DNA of 20,000 nt from Catajapyx aquilonaris. Its lineage: Eukaryota. Shown in pieces: positions 1 through 9,478 of the stretch. A program made the translations under genes and the position numbers. Numbering within the stretch: the first letter of the stretch is position 1; each line of letters begins with the position of its first letter. The notes under the pieces were generated by a model. It was not told where the DNA came from, did not search any database, and worked only from the letters and a program-made list of their open reading frames with translations. The stretch covers positions 52,255 through 72,254 of the forward strand of contig KZ538419.1 of assembly GCA_000934665.2 (NCBI GenBank), given 5' to 3'.

Positions 1-218
1 AACAGATCGTTAGGACACTCTTTTAAACATGTGCTAACGATCTCTTAGGAGCTATCGAATCGGTAATTTCGTTGGTGTAATCAGGCATCATATTTTAATA
101 CTGTATATTCATAGGCTCATATTTAAGTTTCATTTGAAGTTTGGAAAACATGATGAGAGTAGTATGTTTTAGACCCATAACTACAATAAATAATGCATAA
201 TCGTAATCAACTATCGAG

Positions 219-1369
219 CTAAAAATATTCTTTCGACGTTCCAAACACAAATTGGCAGTATTTTTTCGCCAGAACATTGTACGCTGTTGGTGTTTTCTTA
301 TAGTTAAAAATATCGTAATTAAGCTTGTTCCATAAGTGCACTGCATAGCTGTCTCTAACACGTTCCAACGCGTCCTGGGCATACTCTCGCAGGAAGAACT
401 TCCCGTGGTCAGTGTACGGTATCATGTAGAAGTAACTGGGCGGCAGCAACTTGGGTATGTCTCCAGGGCACTTTTCCTGCCTGAGGTAAGCCCCGACGAG
501 GTCTCTCTCCCAGCACATCTCCTTGATCAATTCAGTGACCAGCATTGGTCCTGCTGACCCCCATTTTTTGGGAACAAACCTTGACCTGATGCTGCCAATC
601 CATTCCTTCAGGAAAGGGTGTTTTGGCCTCAGTTTGGTCACTGCCACGTTTGCAACCAGCGAACTCTCTAGTGCTATACAATCAAGAAGGTCGTCCAGTG
701 GCTTCTGAACCAGGACGTCCGTGTCCAGGTATATCCCTCCGTACAGGTACAGCAAACTTGCTCTGACTGCATCGCTCAGGTGTGAGTATATATACGGTGG
801 GTACTTTGGCAGCTGCGACTCGTACCATGTGGACAATCCAACCTTTCCCAAAATGCGCTCAAAATTGGCCTGAAAATAGCATATGCTATTATAAAACCGT
901 TTTTGTATATATGAATCGGTGCAGCAGGCTTACATATCTAAACTTGATGTTTGGAAAGCAGTGAAGTATCCTGATGGCATCGCTCCTGATGTCAAGGGTT
1001 TCGTTTTGCATGAGAACAAACACTGTCCTGTTCTTCATGGCTCTGGCTGCTGATTCGATAGAGCATGCGGCTCTTTCTGACACGTCGTTATATCCAGTCG
1101 TTTCCAAAAAGAAAACTGAGTTGGCGTCAGTGACATCGCTGTCGTTGAACCACTTCAGATCTATAAAATTCCCCTCAGGTAATTTGCAGCTGAAATAATT
1201 ATATGAATTGGAGTAAATCACTCAGGGCCACACATGGATTATTGGCTGTCATTAATAACCTGGGTGCTGGAATGAGAAGTGAACTTTTTGCAGCTGTTAA
1301 ATACCATATCAAAATGTAGCACATGCATCCGACGGAAGCTGTTAAAAGAGTGATCCGCCACACTCTCAT
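219..1369 (-). CDS. A4GALT: GT32 alpha-1,4-glycosyltransferase (lactosylceramide 4-alpha-galactosyltransferase / A4GNT-like), 3 coding exons, 338 aa
   Basis: Coding exons 1369-1260, 1189-934 and 869-219 are joined by GT-AG introns in phases 2 and 0; a probable 5' UTR intron lies at 1373-1426. The N-terminus is a type II membrane anchor (MRVWRITLLTASVGCMCYILIWYL). Family motifs: VFFLETT, ACSIESAAR, HLSDAVR..LLY.YGGIYLDTD (DxD), WGSAGP and AVHLWNK. The symbol denotes the family; sugar specificity is not established. Confidence 0.9.
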
Positions 1370-1872
1370 TCTCTGAAAAAAAAGTCAAGATATTGCCAAT
1401 ATTTACATTAATAAAACTGTACTTACACGCATTTTCAGCATCACATATTATATGCTCTATATGCGCTTATCCACAAGACAATAATGAGTGTGGGTAGAAA
1501 ATTGGGGGGAAAAAGCACCTTCCAATGGGTTTTGTTATATTCTCTCTGCCAACTTTTGCTTTACACAAGTAGTGATAAGTCCAAAGCACTGATAAGGATG
1601 GTGATAAAAGCACATATTGATTTACTAAGAATAATATGCGCCCTCAATATTATCACACCGCATATTATTTAACCGCGGCATCGTTATGCGAGGAAAACAC
1701 ACATGCCCATCATTTGCGGTCAAAGTATAACACACCTCGTAATTTTAATAGCGTATTTTAATAATATGACACATAGAGCAACAATTTCTCACAAAGTCAT
1801 ATGAACGTACAAAAAGGGTTCGTTTTGAATAAGAAATAATTTATGCACACTTCCCTTGCCAAATACTAACAC

Positions 1873-3114
1873 TTAAAGCTGGTCGCTAAGTGTGAAATAA
1901 ACCATCGGACAATTATTTTTGGCCAGCCTCTTAAAAGCTGTGTCTCCTTTCTTCTTGTACAAGACCCCCGATTCTTCCCTGCTGGCCCATGTCTTCATCC
2001 CGTAGCAACCTTCGACCTTGTTCATCACCAGGGACGACCTGATGGGGTCGTATATTGTCCTTCTCTTCTCAAACGAAACTGGAAAAAACATAGCTGGAGG
2101 TTGCACTAAAGGAGCATGACTGCAATCGGAATTATGCAGCTGCATCAGTATTTCCACGTGGCAAACGTCTCTCATGAATTGTGACAACGGGTCCACCGAA
2201 CTCCTTCGATGAGTCTGATGGGGGAGAAAATATTCATGGTCATGAAATGTCCAGCAGTGTTGTTTATTCTCCAGTTATACCTGAAGCCTAGAAGGAAGCT
2301 CTCTCAGCATGTTTTCCAGGAAAGTGCTGCTGTCCTGGAATTTCATGATTGCGGTGCTGGCCATGTTCCGGGTCTGAAGGACTACAAAATCCGGAAATGT
2401 GGAGACGTCGCGGAATAGCAGCATGTCTGAATCCATGGCTATTCCTCCGTGGTAGTGCAACAGGGCCAGCTTCAATGCGTCTTCTATTCGAGGCAAATCC
2501 TTACTATTTTCTTTCATCTCGTTTCTGTACCATTCAGACAGACGAATTTTTGAGAAATATCGGTTTGGATCCACCTGTTTCAAGTGTTTGTATTATTTAC
2601 CTTTCCGCTTCAATTATTATTATTAAGCTTGAACCTAACCTGCCTGTAGTACACGTTAGGTACAGCAAAAAGCGACAGTGTGGCTTCGTCTTGAAGGTTG
2701 ATGTCCTTGCTGGTCAAAAGGATAAACACTTTGTAGTGTTCAATTGCTCTTCCAGCCGATTCAACTGCGCAGGCCATTCTTGGACTTATGAAGTTGTTGC
2801 CAGACAAATCAATGAAAAAAATGGATTTACCAAGCGGAACTTCATGAGACATTAAGGGTCCGTATGACAACATGTCTTCCATCTCAGGTCTCTGTTCTGG
2901 GCTAAAATTACAGTTACATTAGCCTATAATGTAGCAACATCATTCTTGTGTCATATACTCACTATTTTTCTATTTCTTCTCTTATCGCCGTGTTCCGGTC
3001 ATACTTGCTCCGTCCGTACACAATGAACAGCACTGTCACAAGTCCCACGATGCATAACAATTGGACCACATGCTTGACCTTCACACTAGCTTGAATATCC
3101 ATCCTCCATTTCAT
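1873..3114 (-). CDS. Divergent GT32 alpha-1,4-glycosyltransferase paralog, 4 coding exons, 349 aa
   Basis: Exons 3114-2963, 2901-2640, 2574-2281 and 2214-1873 have GT-AG introns in phases 2, 0, 0 and give an open frame. TM anchor HVVQLLCIVGLVTVLFIVY; motifs IFFIDLS, ACAVESAGR, DALKLALLHYHGGIAMDSD and PPAMFFPV. Confidence 0.85.
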
Positions 3115-3328
3115 CAGTATGTCACACATTATTCAAACCCTGTTGCATGACACAGCACCTTACCGGCGCGGCGTCCAATTGTTATCACCTTGTCAAACAC
3201 AGGGCGTTGTTGCAAAAGTTGCGTTAATTTGCTCACGGGAGGTAATGAATTGTTATCTACAGAGTCGAATAGGCAACGCTTCAAATGTTATCAGTTTGTT
3301 CACTGTAATGTGTAAAATTGGATGCTGC

Positions 3329-3395
3329 ACAGGGTGACCCAAAAGTCTGGACGCATAGGTGTTGGCAGCCAGGACATCAATTTGGGTCACCCTGT
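3329..3395. mobile_element. Tiny MITE-like element or TIR remnant, probably Tc1/mariner-type
   Basis: Perfect 15-bp inverted repeat ACAGGGTGACCCAAA (3329-3343) / TTTGGGTCACCCTGT (3381-3395) with a 37-nt spacer. CAGGGTG termini are typical of Tc1/mariner-derived MITEs. Each flank is one base away from a TA duplication. Confidence 0.55.
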
Positions 3396-3487
3396 TTTCT
3401 ATTTTACTATTTGTAAAAAGTAATAGACAAGTGTGTTTATTTACGTCATATGTTTTATTAGACGCAATATTTTAGTTCCATTAGTGC

Positions 3488-4087
3488 TCAGCTAATAGAG
3501 CAGCATACACTAGTGACTATTGGAACACTCCCTATTGTAGACCTGCTGATTCCACGGGGACACGGTGCACGAATGAGTATCCTGTCAGAAGTGAGCTGCA
3601 AGGTGCTGAGGGGACATCCAGACTCTAAGGTGACCTCTGTGCTGTTTGACCCTGGCTTGGAGATCACCAGATTAGTGATTGACCTCGGACCAGACGCAGT
3701 AACGTTGCTGGAAAAGTTAGCTCCAGTGGTGAACCCATCTGGAAAAGTGATGGTCATCCTGTCTGCCCCTTGCTTCGCCTTGACCGTGACCTTCGACACC
3801 CATCCGCTGACCTTGATCACCACGTCCTTTATGTCACCACTAGCAGACAGCTGCACCCTGTCCAACCTCTGTCCATAGTAGAACGTCATATCGGAGCAAT
3901 CTCCGCCGTGGTACCAAAAATCGGAAACCGCATCATCCGGATACTCAACACCCGTCTGGATCTCCAGCTGGACATCATTGACCTCACCTCTGGCCACGAT
4001 GGACACATGAGGGACATCACCCTCCACCACATACTGGCAGCCACTAATATCACTTGCAACGAACATACCCAGCTTATGCCCCGCCAT
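3488..4087 (-). CDS. Uncharacterised 199-aa protein with 11-residue beta-strand repeats and a C-terminal CCSIS (putative CaaX)
   Basis: Intronless GC-richer ORF with AT-rich sequence downstream. Strong start context (AGAACATGG) with an in-frame stop just upstream. Minus-strand AATAAA signals at 3454-3459 and 3436-3441. Protein-level periodicity is visible. I recognise no family. Confidence 0.65.
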   Translation of the reverse strand: MAGHKLGMFVASDISGCQYVVEGDVPHVSIVARGEVNDVQLEIQTGVEYPDDAVSDFWYHGGDCSDMTFYYGQRLDRVQLSASGDIKDVVIKVSGWVSKVTVKAKQGADRMTITFPDGFTTGANFSSNVTASGPRSITNLVISKPGSNSTEVTLESGCPLSTLQLTSDRILIRAPCPRGISRSTIGSVPIVTSVCCSIS

Positions 4088-4089
4088 GT

Positions 4090-4230
4090 TCTAATCAGTT
4101 GCTTCGAAACCAAATTTTTCAAAAAACGACCGCCAAAAACTGTTGGCAACGGAATTCAGTGTTGCCAATCTTAATCCTTTTTTCCGCCAGATGTCAGGTC
4201 GGTCGCCTTTTTCCTTAGTTCCAAAATGGC
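4090..4230. promoter_or_regulatory. Putative bidirectional promoter between the orphan ORF and the ZDHHC gene
   Basis: Lies between the minus-strand ATG at 4087 and a plus-strand exon ending at the donor CAG|GTGAGT (4416/4417). Contains the inverted pair TTGGCAAC/GTTGCCAA (4143-4168) and a YY1-like CAAAATGGCG (4222-4231). Confidence 0.45.
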
Positions 4231-4416
4231 GTCGAATGGATCCCGATCGGAACTTCTTGTCTCCAGAGAAGACACGCAACTCCGCTGAGGTCCGCTTCCT
4301 TCCCCCTCTTCACCCCGTTGCCCTTTGACCCTTTGGACACACACCTCTGGATCACCCGCCACCACACACCGCATAGAGGGAAGGAATGTGAACATGTGAC
4401 CTCCTGACCCCCTCAG
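4200..4416 (+). other. Putative non-coding first exon (5' UTR) of the ZDHHC gene; start approximate
   Basis: GC-rich block ending in a consensus donor CAG|GTGAGT, followed abruptly by AT-rich sequence. A matching acceptor TTCATTGCAG ends at 5720. No ATG in frame with the ZDHHC CDS lies after the in-frame stop at 4389. Confidence 0.5.
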
Positions 4417-5290
4417 GTGAGTACGCACCAGGCCTAGTTCCATTTAGAATAATTCATTCCAACCTCAATTTAATTTAATTTTAATAAACAAGCAAAAATA
4501 ATGAACAAGTACTTGCTAATTACTGCTCAATCTTTTATTACGTTCACATGACAAGCGACGGCACAATAATGTTTCGCAATGGAACGGCTATTAGCTGTGC
4601 AAATATTAATTGATGATAATTACACTGCTGGTGTGTGGCGGATAATTGTAAAAATTAATTTCCAGTGTGGTCGTCAGTAGGCTTAGGAAACGCATCACTT
4701 TCACTTGTGGCTGTTCAAAACTATTGCAGAGAGACAATTAAAGTAGGTCGATTGCAGAAATTATTGGGCGGTAAAGTTCGTAAAGAAAACAGTACATCAT
4801 AATGAGAAACGTTAACTAGTCGCTGGAATTATGACGTAATGTAATTATGTGGTAGCCTCGCACGTTTGTTAATTTAAATTGAAGTGTGTACGTTGTATAA
4901 AGTAATAAGGTCCAAGCACTACCCGGATTTAAATTGAAACTACACTAATCGCAAGGGTTCATTATGGGTTGCGCCATTTTATATTTTCCGATCACGGATG
5001 TTGGATTGAGCGTACGGCTTTAGTGACTTGCAGTTGCTGTTTTCCTGCCGAGAAAGATAAATTTGGTGTGGATAGCTTATCTTGTTGTGATAAATGGTTA
5101 TTCACACCTGGAAGCGTGCCAGTATTTTTTTTTTAGGCGTTTCAAAATTCAAGTGGTGAGTCATCATGGTTTCCAAAATATAGGAGATGAGTCACCTTGA
5201 CAAAGGTCACATAAATTCCTTAATATTCTATAAATAGTGATGGAGGCTGCAAACATTACAGTATGTGAATGTTGCAAAAAGTAATTAAAG

Positions 5291-5442
5291 TCGTGTTTGA
5301 CAGCATATAAGACGCACCCGCATTTTTCAGCAGATCGTCAGGGAAAAAAAGGCTTTTAATGTATTTTTGCATATTAGACGCAGGGCGATTCTTTGTGCAA
5401 TTTTTTGCGGGACAAGTGCGTCTTATATGCTGTCAAATACAG
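5291..5442. mobile_element. MITE of about 150 bp with Tc2/pogo-like terminal inverted repeats, in the ZDHHC 5' intron
   Basis: 22-bp perfect inverted repeat TTTGACAGCATATAAGACGCAC (5296-5317 vs 5416-5437), extending to 24/25. An internal direct copy of the core, GCATATTAGACGCA, sits at 5369-5382. No coding capacity. Confidence 0.75.
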
Positions 5443-5854
5443 TGTAAGTGGTTGACAGCTTACATCACTTTGTGCCAGATGTTCCTTTATGACAGGTTCA
5501 ATCAACCTAATCACCATGTCAGTTATGTCAACAGACTCCACAAATTATCTTTTCTTTGTTCATTTTTTTGGGGGGGTATCATTTGAGTCGGTGTATAAAC
5601 TTTATTGCGCCACATTACAGGTAGTGCTGCATTATTGGTCGACAATTTGGCCGATGTCATGATACATTACGTCAACAAAATAGTTGCATTTATTAATTTA
5701 ACTAATATTATTCATTGCAGCACAAGACTTTTTAAGCCACAACTGGACACGCGCATGTCCTATCCAAATAAGTTACCAAAACGAGTCCAAGATATCCGAA
5801 ATCTTGGGCCCTTTGCCAGCCCCAGGGCCAGCCCCAGGGCCTGACTCAGGGCCA

Positions 5855-8800
5855 ATGGTGAAGGCCCCTGACTACCTGCCTGTCAACAGTGTCACCGTGG
5901 GTGACTTTGAGTCTCCCCCAGGTGACAGCAAGGAAGAGGAGGAGGAGGAGGAGGAAGCGCTAGAGATCAAAGAGGAGGAAGGAAGCGGAGACACAAAGGC
6001 GGAGAAGAAGCGAAAAGGGAGGACGAAACACAAGCCTCCGAAGATGGCTGGATCTCACATGAGACGCAAGTGGGAGGTGTTTCCAGGGCGGAACAGGTTT
6101 TACTGTAACGGCAGGATCATGATGGCCAGGCAAACTGGAGTCTTCTACATAACTCTTGGACTCATAGTCGGGACCAGCGTGCTCTTCTTCGCGTTCGAGT
6201 ACGTACCTGATTTTACCCCGGTCATCCTCACCTTTCAATTCCGCCGGTTCAATGATTGGAAAGTCTCATCGCAACGAATAGTGGCCCAGTTGTGATTAAC
6301 AAGAAGTGTCAGAATTAGCATTCAGGAGATGTTATGCATTGCATAATTGGTCTGGTTACGCAGGTTCATAGTTTCAAGGCTTTGCATGCCTGTTAGCTTT
6401 ATAAAAAGATGTGAGCTCTTCTTACTGCCCCTACGACACTAGTTTTGATCAGTTGCTACACATGTCGGCGTCACTTCAGTATGAAGTTACGATATATATT
6501 TTTACAATTCTGATTAATACTTTTGCATTTGTTCAAGGTTGAATGTAGTGCTTATGCAGTCATGTTTTTAAGCTTGAGTGTAACTTGGCAGGAAACCAGC
6601 TTTTCCTGAAACACGGATGTGGTTCGTCTGATAATGGCACACATATATGCGGAGCACACGTGCGGGAGATGGGATACGAGTCATGTTTACCTCATGCACA
6701 GTACATCGTTAGCTGCCTCGGTTCATTACCAGTCACTTCCGTTAACGACTGAGTTTCCTAGCCGTCTGACTGATAAGATAGGGATGAGCAAATAGAATTG
6801 ATAGAAAACAGAATATGAATGGAATGGATTGTTGAGAAGCGAATGTTTTATGACTTCCGTTTATTAAATTCAAATAAACACTGGTTGGAGGGGGCATCTG
6901 GAAAGGTATTGCTAAACGCAGCTTTCACTCTCAGTTTGTGTATTTATAAAAGCAGAAGCCCAACTCCTGTTTAGTCAGGGGATGGCTTTTTTTTTTTTCT
7001 GTCTTTTGCTGCAACGTGTCAGGATTGACATGTACCGGATGAGACAATACGACAACCTTTGGAACAAGTATATTTTGAGCTGCACGTTGCAAAACTGACA
7101 CTCGTAAAACCCTCGAACCAGATCAATTTTTATTCATTCATGCAACATATTGATGTTGATGTTATGTCACCGACTGCGTGTTGCTTTGGAATGTGTCTTC
7201 AACCTAAATTAATTATCGCTGGGTGCCCTATCTTCAAAGACGTGGCCCGAACCAACGGATAAGATTTGTGCTAGTTGAATTTGGACCAAATTTTTTTGAA
7301 AGGTGCTGTTATCGAATAAACCGATGTTGCGAGCTCTTAACTGTTAGCTCTATTGTTGATTGTCATTGTCCAACGTCGGCGCTATTATTGTTGAAATATT
7401 TGGCACATTTTGATCCTCTTTCAATTTGACCTAGTTGATCTCAATAATTATTACTGATTTTATGTCAGCTCACTACATCTTGTTTGGATTTGTTGTGATC
7501 TAGACGGGTTTTTTGTTTTCTTTCCGCAGCTGCCCATTTTTGGCGGTGGAGCTGACTCCGGCCATCCCAATCCTTGGGGCGGTCCTCTTCATCTTTGTAA
7601 TTGCTGCCCTCCTCAGGACCAGCTTCAGTGACCCTGGCGTCATACCGAGGGCCACTCTAGAAGAGGCAGCTGACATTGAGAAACAAATTGGCAAGTACCT
7701 CGGCCTTTCAATTGAAGGTAAATTGTGACTCCATTGCCTAACTGCGTGGGTGGGCCATCTTTCCCAGCAGAGGTCCCCAACAGTGCCAACTCCCCAACTT
7801 ACCGCCCCCCTCCAAGGACCAAGGAGATTGTCGTGAGGGGACAAACGGTGAAGCTGAAGTATTGTTTTACCTGCAGGATCTTCAGGCCACCTAGGGCCTC
7901 GCATTGCAGCATTTGTGATAATTGTGTTGGTGAGTTGCCGTTGCGTTTGGTGATGCGGTTGCAGTCGTATTAATCCGATCCTCTTTCCAGATCGGTTTGA
8001 CCACCATTGCCCGTGGGTAGGCAACTGTGTGGGACGCCGCAACTACCGGTACTTCTACATGTTCATAGTTTCACTAGCCTTCCTCTGCGTCTTCATCTTT
8101 TCATGTTCCGTTACTCATCTAATTTTATGTGAGTCGAGTTGATTGCCGGAGGAAATGGACTGGAAATGCTCAAGGCGATTGTATTATTGCAGTAACCCAC
8201 GACGACAGGCTCTTCCTCGATGCTCTCCGGGACTCTCCGGCCAGCGCCATAGTGGGCGTGGTTTGCTTCTTCAGCATTTGGAGCATACTAGGATTGGCTG
8301 GATTTCACACATACCTCACCACATCTAACCAGACAACCAATGAAGACGTGAGTCACACACACTTTGAGTTATCGCTGTCCCTTCACACAACAAGTTATTT
8401 AATTACTGGTCTTGTTGACGTGGCTGTCATAATTTCTCTCTCTTACATGAATGGACCAATTCGTAATTGCCTTTCTCGTATTTTCAGATTAAAGGCTCGT
8501 TTAGCAGCCGTAGAAGCCAGGAGAATTACAACCCCTACAGTGAAGGGAATATTTGCAGCAACTGCATGATGGTGCTTTGTGGTCCTCTGCCTCCCAGTCT
8601 CATAGGTATGCTCCATTCATTCTTCACAATCGGGAAGTCCTTAATTTGTGAATGGGGAACCACGTTATTTGTCAACCAGATGTAGACTTAATCTGTTCAG
8701 CCTGAAATAGCTTAAGATTGTAAGTCATGTTTTTTATCAAGAATTATGTTGCTGGAGGTCCCGTAAACTATGTTGGATTGCATTCCGAAGTAGATTTGTC

Positions 8801-9478
8801 GAGCATGTCCATTGTTGATTTCCAGACAGGAGAGGTCTGGTGACCCCTGAGTATGCGGCTGCTCTTGCCAAAGCCTCTGAGGACAGAGACACCGTGATTG
8901 CGAATAGCAAAACCTACGGAACAGTCAGGACGTCTCAGCCTATGGTGAGTAAATGACACTTGGCACAATCCCGCATTCTCTCCTTTTCCCTTGGTCCTTT
9001 AGCTGACCCATCCTTCACCAGTGACCTCAAGGAACCTATTCAGTCCAGGTGGTTTCTTCCCATGCTGTTTTCCTGCGGATACGACTAGTGAAATGCGCTT
9101 GTAGTGTTGATCTGGTGACGTCTTCCATTGTTGGTTGGTTCTTCAGTGTTTCGCTGCATGCAAGTGTTTTCTAACTAAATCCCTCGCTTCCAGAATGGTG
9201 TCCCAAATCATTCTGGGGACATGACTGCCCCGAATGGTCACCATCCTGTAGGGGGCGGTGGACTGGTAGGTCCGCCTCCCCTCCATCCGCACACCATGCC
9301 CAGGAAGAAGGCATCGTCGTCTTCGTCGTCATCTTCGTCAGATGGTGGGTACCACACTTTCAGCCCGGGTCAGAGGTATCACTTCTCACCCAACGGGGGG
9401 CCTTATCAGCACGGGGATGGGATCGCAGACGTTTGTCTTGGGGGTTACCTCAACCCCATCGACCAGGGGGATATTTGA
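5855..9478 (+). CDS. ZDHHC14: DHHC palmitoyltransferase of the ZDHHC9/14/18 (Erf2 / Drosophila Approximated) subfamily; proximal-exon isoform about 492 aa
   Basis: Exons 5855-6198, 7530-7690, 7771-7929, 7991-8128, 8193-8347, 8488-8605, 8826-8944 and 9194-9478 join in frame. Motifs: [81 protein letters not shown] (DHHC codons 7999-8010), TTNEDIK and NPYS. The start may instead be ATG 6044 (429 aa). Confidence 0.95.
9003..9104 (+). CDS. Candidate alternative ZDHHC exon: cassette 9003-9048, or terminal exon reading to the stop at 9104
   Basis: A strong polypyrimidine tract and TTTAG acceptor end at 9002 (58-nt intron, phase 0). It reads [33 protein letters not shown], with an internal phase-1 donor CAG|GTGGTT at 9048/9049. 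Confidence 0.45.
   Translation: MTHPSPVTSRNLFSPGGFFPCCFPADTTSEMRL

Noticed and set aside
4..43. 10-bp inverted repeat AGATCGTTAG / CTAACGATCT
   Set aside because: Short and at the window edge, with no context to assign a function.
1873..2882. Second GT32 copy as a frameshifted pseudogene
   Set aside because: All breaks between the ORF fragments are resolved by canonical 61-66 nt GT-AG introns.
3513..4174. Plus-strand ORFs of 121 aa and 134 aa
   Set aside because: Antisense shadows of the 199-aa ORF, with non-ATG starts and no supporting signals.
4171..4443. 90-aa minus-strand ORF as a possible first exon of the orphan gene
   Set aside because: No convincing donor links it to the AG at 4091. 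The block is better explained as a plus-strand UTR exon with a strong donor at 4417, although this is not fully excluded.
5816..5839. 12-bp tandem duplication CCAGCCCCAGGG x2
   Set aside because: A simple slippage repeat upstream of the first in-frame ATG, with no evidence of function.
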